From an uncultured virus (IMG/VR IMGVR_UViG_3300034110_001238) (lineage: Duplodnaviria > Heunggongvirae > Uroviricota > Caudoviricetes), in the IMG/VR virus record IMGVR_UViG_3300034110_001238: a stretch of 64,000 nt of DNA, one strand, 5' to 3'. The position numbers were made by a program, and so were the translations under genes. The notes beneath the pieces were generated by a model. It worked only from the letters and a program-made list of their open reading frames with translations, was not told the DNA's origin and did no database searches. Position 1 is the stretch's first letter, and each line of letters starts with the position of its first letter. Of the stretch, positions 28,451 through 38,033 are shown one piece after another.

Positions 28451-29581
28451 ATGACTACTGCTGTTTACGCACTATCTGGCGACCCTATCACCTTCGGTCA
28501 TATTGACATCATTAACCGTGCTGCTGCAGGCTTTGACAAGCTTATTGTTGGTCTAGGTGTAAACCCTAACAAAAAGTACATGCTAACCCCTGATGAACGT
28601 TTGACCGTTGCCAAGCAATCACTCTCTCATCTGTCGAACGTTACCGTCATGTTCTTTGAAGGTCTGTTGGTTGACTTCGCGTTTGAACAAGGAGCTAGTA
28701 TTATTGTTCGTGGCATTCGAAATGCTTCTGATGCAGTAGATGAACAAGCCCTTGACCAGATCAACGGTTCTCAAATGGATATTGATACGTTCTTTATGTT
28801 TTCACGCTCCAAGCTCGCTCATGTGAGTTCTAGCAATGTCAAAGCAATTCAAGCTGAGAATGGTCTGATTCATGAGTATGTTCCACTCCCAGTTAAAAAA
28901 CTGCTTGAACGTAAAATTTCAAGTCAACTCGTCTATGGTATTACTGGTGTGATGGGTTCTGGTAAGTCGTATGTTGCTGACCAACTGGCTTTGTTTTCTG
29001 AACAACAACATGCTGAGTCTGAAGACAATCCGCTGGTGTTTAACATTGAGCTAGATAAACTGGCACATCAGGTATATAGCTCAGATAAACCACGTTATAA
29101 AGAAATCCGTGAACGCATTCGTAAACGTTTCGGCACGCTTGACCGTGCTAAAATTGGTCAAATTGCTTTTGGTACAGAAGACAGTAAAGAACACGTTGAC
29201 TTCTTGAATGAAATCTTCAAAGAACCTGTAATGGTTCTACTTCGTAAAGAACTTCGTGGTAAAAAAGGTATTGTGCTGATTAACTCTGCCTTGCTGGTAG
29301 AAAGCGATATGCTAAACCTGTGCAACAACCACGTTATTCTGGTCGATGCTGAAGAGTCTGTTCGTCATGCTCGACTGGTAGAATTCAGAAACATCGATCC
29401 AGTTGTCGCTGAAAACCGTATCAAGCACATGAAAAGTAATGGAGCGAAGAAAGCACAAATCAAAGCGGCCATTGCCAGTGTACACTTTGGTAAAATTGTT
29501 AAATTTAACAATACTGCCAGTGAGTTGTCTGATATTGAAAAATTGTATGAACAATTAAAATCTGAATACAATGAAAAATAA
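28451..29581 (+). CDS. coaD: Phosphopantetheine adenylyltransferase / dephospho-CoA kinase fusion
   Basis: DPITFGHIDII, IVRGIR and VSSS; C-terminal GITGVMGSGKS P-loop and LDRAKIG. Confidence 0.88.
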   Translation: MTTAVYALSGDPITFGHIDIINRAAAGFDKLIVGLGVNPNKKYMLTPDERLTVAKQSLSHLSNVTVMFFEGLLVDFAFEQGASIIVRGIRNASDAVDEQALDQINGSQMDIDTFFMFSRSKLAHVSSSNVKAIQAENGLIHEYVPLPVKKLLERKISSQLVYGITGVMGSGKSYVADQLALFSEQQHAESEDNPLVFNIELDKLAHQVYSSDKPRYKEIRERIRKRFGTLDRAKIGQIAFGTEDSKEHVDFLNEIFKEPVMVLLRKELRGKKGIVLINSALLVESDMLNLCNNHVILVDAEESVRHARLVEFRNIDPVVAENRIKHMKSNGAKKAQIKAAIASVHFGKIVKFNNTASELSDIEKLYEQLKSEYNEK

Positions 29582-29642
29582 GTAATCTACGAAAACAAAA
29601 AAACCACTGAGAAGTGGTTTTTTATTGTCTACTTATTTATAA

Positions 29643-30389
29643 TTAAAGATTAGCTGCCAAAATTTTATCATTATCAGCATTTGTTTTAATTTCGGCTGTT
29701 AACGAATGTAGAATACTGTTGGTTGTATTATTTTTAAATTTGTCATATTCTTCAATAGTGATGTAACGATCAGCATAGATAGAATCAAATTCGTTTCTTA
29801 CTGACTGGTTAGATATACCTTGAACTGTCAATAATTTATTAAACATATCAGCTTCACTTAGACCTCTAATATTTTTTGGATTATTGATATAAGGTTTGAG
29901 TTCTTCAAAATTTTTGTTATTTAATGCTAATTTGAAATTTTTAGCAGGTATAGAATTAGTAAATGTAGTTGGATCTTCATATCGTTTTGAGATGTTATTA
30001 TAAATTTCTTCACTAAAATTAACAAATAATTCATTTTTATTTTCAAATTTAACCACCAAAACAGCAAAGACTGCCATTGCTATTGGAATAGTTATTAAAA
30101 ATTTATTAAAACCCGATTTAATGTTTTCTTTAAAAACAGCAAGAGCAAACAAAATAAAAGTAATCCCTAAAGCTAGAACAAGAAAGCCGAGTGAAAAAAA
30201 ATACATAGGATCGGCTTTAACTAAAATTGTTGTAAAATCAAAGCCTTCGCTTTTAAGTTTATAAGTATTAATTCCATCAAGGAACATAGACAGAGCATAA
30301 ATAATACCTAATGTTCCTGAAAGACTTAGAAATAAGAAAAAAAACCAAGCCATTAAATTTGGTTTTTCTTGTATGTTGGTTGTATTCAT
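29643..30389 (-). CDS. Membrane protein
   Basis: Three TM helices. Confidence 0.65.
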   Translation of the reverse strand: MNTTNIQEKPNLMAWFFFLFLSLSGTLGIIYALSMFLDGINTYKLKSEGFDFTTILVKADPMYFFSLGFLVLALGITFILFALAVFKENIKSGFNKFLITIPIAMAVFAVLVVKFENKNELFVNFSEEIYNNISKRYEDPTTFTNSIPAKNFKLALNNKNFEELKPYINNPKNIRGLSEADMFNKLLTVQGISNQSVRNEFDSIYADRYITIEEYDKFKNNTTNSILHSLTAEIKTNADNDKILAANL

Positions 30390-30521
30390 ATTAATCTCCT
30401 TTATTTTTAATATAAAAAATCTTTTATATGATAATCGAAATTAATGAATTGTCAAAAAAATGTTAGAAAAAATGAATTTAAAATGTTGCTTTTTTAAATG
30501 AATAATGTTATAATCGCTAGC

Positions 30522-31115
30522 ATGAAAAATAATATAATAGAAACACCTCAAAAAACATTCATCATTACTGACATCGAAGCCACTTGTGATGACCAAACCA
30601 ACACACAATCAACCTTTAACCGTGAATTTTCAGAACCTATCGAAATTGGTGCTGTTGCGGTGAATGAACGATTTGAAATAATTGGTGAATTCCAAACCTT
30701 TATCAAACCACTCAACTACCAGTCAGAATTGACTGCGTTTTGTAAACAGTTAACCAAGATAAAGCAAACAGATGTGGATAACGCTCCTTTGTACAAAGAA
30801 GCCTATCAATCTTTCGAAGATTGGTTAATTCAATATCCTAACCCTGAATTTTGTTCATGGGGACGATACGATTTCTATGAATTGAAAAAGTTTTGCGAAC
30901 GAAACAATCAAAAGTTTCATTTTGCTTCGGGTGTCAATTTAAAGAACCTGTTTGCGAAGAAACAAAAAATCGGACGTGAAATTGGTCTAGGTCGTGCATT
31001 AAGTAAAGCTGGATTACAATTCATTGGCACTCAACACCGTGGCATTGATGATGCTAAAAACATCGCAAGATTGTTACCATTCTCTTATTTTGATGACAAA
31101 ATAGAAACAAAATAA
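30522..31115 (+). CDS. DEDDh 3'-5' exonuclease (ERI-1/KapD-like)
   Basis: DIEATC, EIGAV, WGRYD and HRGIDDA. Confidence 0.88.
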   Translation: MKNNIIETPQKTFIITDIEATCDDQTNTQSTFNREFSEPIEIGAVAVNERFEIIGEFQTFIKPLNYQSELTAFCKQLTKIKQTDVDNAPLYKEAYQSFEDWLIQYPNPEFCSWGRYDFYELKKFCERNNQKFHFASGVNLKNLFAKKQKIGREIGLGRALSKAGLQFIGTQHRGIDDAKNIARLLPFSYFDDKIETK

Positions 31116-31192
31116 TCAATCAATTATTGAAAATCTAGTTTGATAAAATATAAACAAAGTGTTATAATTTATAGATAACTAGGAGTTCTCTA

Positions 31193-32074
31193 ATGAGCGA
31201 TATTATTAAAAAACAAAGTCAAATCGACCAATCATTAAACATTATCTATCCTGCCTCTCAAATAGGGCAATACGAAGCTCGTTTTGTTCGTCGTGAAGAT
31301 GATTATTTCATTATATATGTTTCTTCTCAATCAGGTTGCGACCAAGCCTGCAGAATGTGTCACTTAACAGCAACTGGTCAAAATAAACTTGAAAATGCTT
31401 CCTACGAAGAATTAGTAAAACAAGCCGCTCTTGTGTACGAACATTATGATATTCAATCTAAAAAAGCAAAATTAGTCCATTACAACTTCATGGCAAGAGG
31501 CGAAGCATTAAATAACCCAGTGGTTCTTAATGATAACGAACGTTTGTTGGGAACCTATGCTGCAATGGCTCAAAGTCGTGGATTGAAAGCTAAATACCTT
31601 ATTTCCACTATCATGCCTGAAAGTATGGGTGAACGTACATTGGTCGATATCTTTCCAAATACATTACCAGAGATTTACTATTCTCTGTACAGCACTGATG
31701 AAAAGTTCAGAAAGAAATGGTTAGCTAGAGCATTACCTTACGAAAGAAGTTTAGAACTTTTAAAAGAATGGCAAGATTACAATGGTAAAGTGCCAAAAAT
31801 ACACTTTGCGTTCATTGAAGGTGAAAATGATTCTGAACAAGACATGATTAATATGGCCGAAGCCATTAATAAAATTGACCTCAAAGTCAATCTAAATATT
31901 GTAAGATATAATCCATATTCCGATAAGTATGGTAAAGAGTCTGATGAATCGGTTATACATAGAAACGTCTCCATCTTGGTCGATCTTTTAAAACCAGCCC
32001 AATATAGGGTAGTACCCAAAGTAGGCTTTGATGTACAAGCTTCTTGCGGAATGTTCGTTGGTAAAAATAAATAA
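31193..32074 (+). CDS. RlmN/Cfr-like radical SAM protein
   Basis: SSQSGCDQACRMCH, MARGE, ENDS, YNP and ASCG. Confidence 0.8.
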   Translation: MSDIIKKQSQIDQSLNIIYPASQIGQYEARFVRREDDYFIIYVSSQSGCDQACRMCHLTATGQNKLENASYEELVKQAALVYEHYDIQSKKAKLVHYNFMARGEALNNPVVLNDNERLLGTYAAMAQSRGLKAKYLISTIMPESMGERTLVDIFPNTLPEIYYSLYSTDEKFRKKWLARALPYERSLELLKEWQDYNGKVPKIHFAFIEGENDSEQDMINMAEAINKIDLKVNLNIVRYNPYSDKYGKESDESVIHRNVSILVDLLKPAQYRVVPKVGFDVQASCGMFVGKNK

Positions 32075-32171
32075 ATTGAAATTACTGTACGATGAACGGT
32101 ATTGTACATAATTTGACAATATCATTATTCTATGCTAATATTTAGACAATTAACAGATAGAGGTATATGTT

Positions 32172-32408
32172 ATGAATACAGAAATTAAAGATATAAAAGG
32201 CAAGGAATTATTAAAAGACGATCAAATCTTGTATGCTACTACTCACGGAACCTTACAAATAGGTCGAGTGTTGGAGATAACAGAAGATGGATCATTGAAG
32301 GTAATCGGTAAGGGAAATAAAAGAGAACTTACCATCAAAGAGTCCGATAAACAAGTTTATCTTGTTTCGAAAGGATACTACGCCAGAGTGAAAAAACGTG
32401 CTGCTTAA
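32172..32408 (+). CDS. Small beta-rich hypothetical protein
   Basis: Related to both halves of 32514..33026. Confidence 0.6.
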   Translation: MNTEIKDIKGKELLKDDQILYATTHGTLQIGRVLEITEDGSLKVIGKGNKRELTIKESDKQVYLVSKGYYARVKKRAA

Positions 32409-32513
32409 CGTTTAATGCAAAGACCCGCCGATGCGGGTTTTTTGCTATGTGTTAATAATTTGACATTTACCGCTTGTCAAGTTAAAATTTTACAAAATGA
32501 AATGGAGATATTT

Positions 32514-33026
32514 ATGAACGAAATAGTCGATATTGTTGGTAAAGTTATTGAAAAAGAAAAAGAAGCTGTCTTTGTAAGCGAAAATGGTGTTGTTTACAAA
32601 GGCATTATCAAAGCCTTCAATAAAATAGGCCATGTACAAGTCGAAGATTCACTCACTACCAAGTTAAGTGTAGTGAAAACACCATCAAAAAGTATTTATG
32701 TCATACCAGATCCAATTGATTTGGAAGAAGTCTTTGACATGAAATTTGAGAAAAGAGAAAAGAAACCCACTGAACGTGATTTCTTCCGCCAACTGTCTGT
32801 AGCGAAATCCATTTATGGTGAAGGTGTTCTTGATGGTGATAAAGTCTTATTTACTGATGGTCAAGAACTTAGATTAGGCAGAACCATTAATGTTATGAAA
32901 GACAGTGCCGTGGTTATTATCAATAGCAACAAAGATAAAGTAGATACAACACTTGAAACAAATGGTAAAAATTTGTACGTGTTGGTTAAAGACTACTACA
33001 TCAAAGAAAAAGCAGCTTACGTTTAA
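32514..33026 (+). CDS. Hypothetical protein with two repeats related to 32172..32408
   Basis: DIVGK and SIYGE...LRLGR...YVLVKDYY. Confidence 0.6.
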   Translation: MNEIVDIVGKVIEKEKEAVFVSENGVVYKGIIKAFNKIGHVQVEDSLTTKLSVVKTPSKSIYVIPDPIDLEEVFDMKFEKREKKPTERDFFRQLSVAKSIYGEGVLDGDKVLFTDGQELRLGRTINVMKDSAVVIINSNKDKVDTTLETNGKNLYVLVKDYYIKEKAAYV

Positions 33027-33149
33027 ATTGCTTTTAAATAAACACAATGGCTTACTTAAAAAGTGGGCCATTTTTCTTTTAATCGCTTTATTATTTTGGT
33101 CATTATGCTTTATTGTGGTATAATGTAATAATAGACAAATCGAGAAAAA

Positions 33150-33812
33150 ATGACAATTCCAGAGAAATTTTATACAGGAGTGGGTTCACGAGAAACACCT
33201 GCTGAATACTTAGCTATCATGACTGAACTAGCTACCTATCTAAACAAAACTGGCTGGACGTTACGAAGTGGTGGATCATGGGGAGCTGACGAAGCTTTTC
33301 AAAAAGGGGTGTCTAACTATTCAAATATCTTTTTACCTCGATTAAACTGGCGAAAAGAAGATGGTATTGTAGGTCGTTTCATTGATGACACTGAACTAGT
33401 GAGAGAAGCTATGTATATTGTTTCAAAATTTGATTTACATGAAGACTGGGATAATTTGTTAAATAGTCGCGGCGATGGTGGATTAATGACCGTCAAGCTA
33501 CACACCAGAAATGTTTTTCAAGTCTTAGGTGATAACTTAAGAAATCCTTCTAAATTTTTGGTTTGCTATACCAACGATGGAGCCATAGATTTATCTGAAA
33601 TGACAAGAGGAACAGGTGGAACTCGAACTGCAATGAGATTAGCCTGTCATTTTAATGTGCCAATCTTTAACCTTAAACGACCAGAACATAAATTAAGAAT
33701 TTTAAACTGGATTGAAGAAATGAAGGAAAAGGATTTAAAAAAAAATCATAAAATAATTACAGATATTACTCCTGAGACTTCAATGAAAAGAACATCTAGA
33801 TTGAAAATTTAA
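33150..33812 (+). CDS. SLOG/DprA-like nucleotide-binding protein
   Basis: YTGVGSRETP, LRSGGSWGAD, GGTRTA and PIFNL. Confidence 0.75.
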   Translation: MTIPEKFYTGVGSRETPAEYLAIMTELATYLNKTGWTLRSGGSWGADEAFQKGVSNYSNIFLPRLNWRKEDGIVGRFIDDTELVREAMYIVSKFDLHEDWDNLLNSRGDGGLMTVKLHTRNVFQVLGDNLRNPSKFLVCYTNDGAIDLSEMTRGTGGTRTAMRLACHFNVPIFNLKRPEHKLRILNWIEEMKEKDLKKNHKIITDITPETSMKRTSRLKI

Positions 33813-33888
33813 TAAAAAAAACGATATATAGCGTTGATTTATAACTTTTTTTGGTCTACTATGTAAAAACAAATAAAAAGAGTAAACC

Positions 33889-34599
33889 ATGTTAAGCCTA
33901 AAATTAATATTGCCAGCAGCAATCGCTGGATTATTGTCAACGGTCACAATGGCTGATGATGCCATTCAGGTGGAAGGTGGTGCTGCAACCAATTTAACCA
34001 ATGTCACCGCACAAGGTTCAAGTAATGCAAAATTAAATTACAATACGCTAGCTCAATCATTCTACCTTGATCTTAAAACCAAAGTTGGTATGCCTAATTT
34101 CAAATTAGAATACACCAATAATGCGTATTCAACTAATTATGGTGAAGTTAACACTAACTATATCAACAACCAAGCTAACTTTGTCGATGTTAACCTTCAA
34201 TATGGCGATGCAGTCAGTTATTATACTTTATTTTCAGATAATTATAATTTTGGTGTCAATTTGGGTGGTGGTCTTAGACAATATGTTGGAGAAATTGAAA
34301 CCTCTCAATTAGGCAGTGAATCTCTTAATTCAACTATTCCATTAACCTATCTAGATATGTTTTATAGCTTGGATAAAAATGAATATGTTGGTTTGTATTC
34401 CAAAGAATCACAATTGGCTACTGAAAAAATACAAGAGTCAGGGCTATATTATAAAAACAACATTACAAAGGTTGATAATTTAAGTTTTATTGCTACTTAT
34501 GCATTGTCAAACTTATCTTTTGCTGATGATTATTCTGCTAACAAAGATGCTGGTCTTAAAACAAGTGGACTTAATTTTCAACTTAAATTCACTTACTAA
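33889..34599 (+). CDS. Outer-membrane beta-barrel protein
   Basis: Signal peptide; alternating beta strands; terminal FQLKFTY. Confidence 0.7.
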   Translation: MLSLKLILPAAIAGLLSTVTMADDAIQVEGGAATNLTNVTAQGSSNAKLNYNTLAQSFYLDLKTKVGMPNFKLEYTNNAYSTNYGEVNTNYINNQANFVDVNLQYGDAVSYYTLFSDNYNFGVNLGGGLRQYVGEIETSQLGSESLNSTIPLTYLDMFYSLDKNEYVGLYSKESQLATEKIQESGLYYKNNITKVDNLSFIATYALSNLSFADDYSANKDAGLKTSGLNFQLKFTY

Positions 34600-34677
34600 T
34601 TCATTAAAAAAATATAAATATTAAATTTAAGATAAAAAAAATAAGCCAGATGGCTTATTTTTCTATTATCACTTATT

Positions 34678-35745
34678 TTACTTTTTCAAATCTTTTTCTA
34701 AATCATCATACAAGCTGTTTTCTGCTTTAATGGCCTCTAACTTTGCAGCTTCTTTTGCAGCCGCGTCAGCTTTTATCTTGTCTTCCTTTGCTTTAATAGC
34801 TGCTTCCTTAGCTGCTTTTTCATCAGCCGCCATTTTTTTAAAGTCAACAGCAATAACAGGCTGAACATAAGGCAATACTCGACCCATTGTAATGTCTAAG
34901 TAATGTTTATCATCTACTTTGATAGATTGTTTTGAATCCGTTTCTAGTTTAATCCAGAATACGTTAGACGTAACAGATGTTTTTATAACAGGGATCTTCA
35001 CTTTCGTCAAAACACCCTCAGTCGTGACAACTTCACGTTCTTCATAAGAAGCAATAGCTTTATTAGTGTAATCTAAACGAACAGAAACTCTATTGTTTTT
35101 CTTGTCGTATTCTTTTATTTGAAGAATGTATCCATAACCATAGACCAATGTGTCTAATTCTTCTTTAACAGTTGCTTTTCCAGTATCTTTATCAATGTTA
35201 GTTTGACTGCCTACATAAACGTTTGGCTCTTCAATATAGTTTGAGAAACTAACTATTTTATTTTTGTTGGCTTCATCAATAAAAGCGACAACTTCTTTAT
35301 CTGTTTTATGGTCATCAGCTACGCCAGTCATTAAACCTAATCCGATTTCATCTTTGCTTAATGTTTTAGTGATGATGCTTTTATTCAATCGTTTAACATT
35401 CAAGACAAAATTAGTGGCGGAAACTGGAACAACAATTGTTGGATTAGTCTTGGACTTTTCGACAACAGGTGCAGCAGTAGGTTTTACTTCTTTATCCGTC
35501 ACTGCAGTCGTTTCTGGTTTTGTTATTTTTGTCTCGACGACTGGTGTAGTGGTTTTCTTCTCTGCTTTGACAGGATCTGCTTTTTTCTGTTCAACAGGTT
35601 TTGTTTTTTCCGGTGTTTTTGCTGTTGCAGTGGGTGTATCATTAAGAATATCTGTAATATCCATCAAATCATCACCAGACAATTGAGCATTCGCTTGTAA
35701 AGAGATGCCACTCAATATAGCGAGTGCCAAAATTGTTTTTCTCAT
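34678..35745 (-). CDS. Secreted protein with K/T/P-rich and Ala/Lys-rich linkers
   Basis: Signal peptide ending QANA. Confidence 0.7.
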   Translation of the reverse strand: MRKTILALAILSGISLQANAQLSGDDLMDITDILNDTPTATAKTPEKTKPVEQKKADPVKAEKKTTTPVVETKITKPETTAVTDKEVKPTAAPVVEKSKTNPTIVVPVSATNFVLNVKRLNKSIITKTLSKDEIGLGLMTGVADDHKTDKEVVAFIDEANKNKIVSFSNYIEEPNVYVGSQTNIDKDTGKATVKEELDTLVYGYGYILQIKEYDKKNNRVSVRLDYTNKAIASYEEREVVTTEGVLTKVKIPVIKTSVTSNVFWIKLETDSKQSIKVDDKHYLDITMGRVLPYVQPVIAVDFKKMAADEKAAKEAAIKAKEDKIKADAAAKEAAKLEAIKAENSLYDDLEKDLKK

Positions 35746-35795
35746 AAAATTCTCCTGAAATATATTTTATTAGTTTAATTTATAAAGAATAAAAG

Positions 35796-36005
35796 TCAAT
35801 TTATGCCGTATAGTTTTTTAACTAACTCTTCTGCCAAAGCAGGATATTCCAAAGAGAAGTTGATTTCAAAAACCACTGAAAGGTCTGTAGATTGTTCATA
35901 AGAGTAAACAAGTTGAAGTTCTGGATGGTTCTGGCTGACGGAAGTGAGAAATTTTTCACAAATATGTTGCTGGTGTAAACGTTTTTCTATATGTAGAGTA
36001 TGCAT
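35796..36005 (-). CDS. Small hypothetical protein
   Basis: Fills an intergenic gap; no clear SD. Confidence 0.35.
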   Translation of the reverse strand: MHTLHIEKRLHQQHICEKFLTSVSQNHPELQLVYSYEQSTDLSVVFEINFSLEYPALAEELVKKLYGIN

Positions 36006-36207
36006 TATTTTTAAAATATAGTTAACTTTATTTTTAGGATAGCACACACAACATAAAAAGAAAGCAAATTATTTTTTAATAATGTTATCCTTTAAAATAT
36101 CTAAAAAAATAATATCAAACCTTAACCATAATATTAAATTCCATCTAAAAACTTGATTTTTGTCTTTTTTCATGTATGATATATAACAATTAACCGGAGG
36201 ATGTCCT

Positions 36208-36501
36208 ATGAAAAAGATCATACTAGCGTTAGCAGCAATCATGACAACAAGTGTAGCATTTGCAGATGTGAGCGATTCCGAAGCGATTAAATTGAGAGAA
36301 AGTGGCACCATTAAAGATGTTAAAGTTCTCAATGATATTGCAGTCAAACAATATCCCGGTACGACCGTAGAATCAACTGAACTTGATCTTGATAATGGTA
36401 TTTATGTCTATGATGTAGATTTAGTAGACGCTAACAAAGCAGACTTCAATGTTAAAATCAATGCCGCAACAGGTGAAGTTATCAAAAAAGAAGTTGATTA
36501 A
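36208..36501 (+). CDS. PepSY-domain protein
   Basis: Signal peptide; ELDLDNGIYVYDVDL and INAATGEVI. Confidence 0.85.
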   Translation: MKKIILALAAIMTTSVAFADVSDSEAIKLRESGTIKDVKVLNDIAVKQYPGTTVESTELDLDNGIYVYDVDLVDANKADFNVKINAATGEVIKKEVD

Positions 36502-36621
36502 GTTAAATGAAATGAAATAAAAGCCTATTCGTAGGCTTTTTTTTATTTTTAAAAGCAATTAGTTTCTTTTGACTTTTAAATCAGCAAGGCTACAATAAAT
36601 TATTACTCAAGGAGTCTTCTA

Positions 36622-37353
36622 ATGACAAAAGAAAACATCATGTTATACTTTAACAATAAGTATATTTACAATACTATCATCAGTGCAGCTTTATTTATGG
36701 CAGCTCTTTCTTTCCTAGATGGAGAAAATATCAATTTATTTGTATGGTTATTGTGCGGCTTTTATGCCATTGAGTTATTGTTTAGATTACATGACCTTCA
36801 TATTTCATTAAGACACCGAATTATTTCTGTTTATCCTGAAAAAATAAAATCAGCAATCACTGAAATTTTAGGCTTCAACGTTTTAAGAGTTGCTGAATTT
36901 GTTTTATATTTTACAGTTGCTTTCTTTATGTATCATTCAAGTGGCATATTATTTGTGATTAATTTTGCTGTAGTGATGTTTGCTATTATTAGAATTATGT
37001 TAACTGTGTTTTTTACTGTTTGCGAAATTCGTGAAGAATGGAACTATCATAAAATGCCATTAGTGATGCCAGAAGAGTTCGAAAATTATATAACTAATAA
37101 TAGAGTCTTTATCAAAAGAATTGCAGATTCGATTGATGATCCTAAAAAAATCGTTGACCAAAATGTAGAGATTTTTAAAATTAATAAACCTAATCAAATA
37201 AATCTTGGCTATCATAAAACGCCAATAAAAATAAATGTACTCAGCTATAACAATCATTTGTATGATATCAAAGGTTTAAATGATTATATTAACAAGAAAA
37301 ATAAAAAATTTGAAACTTTAACAAATGCTGAACTTGATGTTTACAGAATTTAA
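36622..37353 (+). CDS. Multi-TM membrane protein related to 49127 and 49855
   Basis: TM N-terminal half; ends LTNAELDVYRI. Confidence 0.65.
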   Translation: MTKENIMLYFNNKYIYNTIISAALFMAALSFLDGENINLFVWLLCGFYAIELLFRLHDLHISLRHRIISVYPEKIKSAITEILGFNVLRVAEFVLYFTVAFFMYHSSGILFVINFAVVMFAIIRIMLTVFFTVCEIREEWNYHKMPLVMPEEFENYITNNRVFIKRIADSIDDPKKIVDQNVEIFKINKPNQINLGYHKTPIKINVLSYNNHLYDIKGLNDYINKKNKKFETLTNAELDVYRI

Positions 37354-37398
37354 AAACAAAAAAAAGAGGCCGAAGCCTCTCTAACATTTCAGGAGTAT

Positions 37399-37785
37399 TT
37401 ACTCATCGAACATACGATCCATTCTTGACAAATGGCGACCTACATTACGATCAAAGTTGCAGTCAAGCTCTTTTACTTCACCATCGTCATCATCATCATC
37501 GCGTGATTTACGGACATGAACGTACTCAGATGATGTGATACGGTTACCTAGTCTTACGTTTTCAATGTATTTTGAAATCCGTTTCATAAGAGCTTTATCT
37601 TCTGCACTCATTTCTGATTCATCATCAATGGTATCTACATCACCTTTTAATACATCTGAGTAATCAGATTCAATTTTAGCCAATTGTTTACGGGTTGGAC
37701 CACGATCATCTTTATTGACAGCTTCAAATTCTGCAAGAGCGTCTTCAAGTTCTTCGATGTCGATGTTGTTATTTTCTGTGTTCAT
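37399..37785 (-). CDS. Acidic hypothetical protein
   Basis: AGGAG SD; D/E-rich. Confidence 0.65.
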   Translation of the reverse strand: MNTENNNIDIEELEDALAEFEAVNKDDRGPTRKQLAKIESDYSDVLKGDVDTIDDESEMSAEDKALMKRISKYIENVRLGNRITSSEYVHVRKSRDDDDDDGEVKELDCNFDRNVGRHLSRMDRMFDE

Positions 37786-38033
37786 ACTAATTACTCCTGA
37801 TTTCTAATTTAGTGAGGCTATTCTAACACAACAGATAAACTAAGACAATACTTTAATACTTATTTTTTAAAAATATTTTATAAAAGGGAAAAACAAGAGG
37901 ATTTGTTTATCTCATGTTTTTCTTCTTCTATATATAGCATGGAATGATATAAAATGAATTGAAAAAAAAGATTGACATATGTGATTTTTCTATCATATAA
38001 TAGCGGAAAGAATTGAAAACAAAAGGAGATTCT

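Noticed and set aside
36622..37353. Nineteenth carrier of the MxxI tail
   Set aside because: Related tail (LTNAELDVYRI) but lacks the Met, so it was not counted
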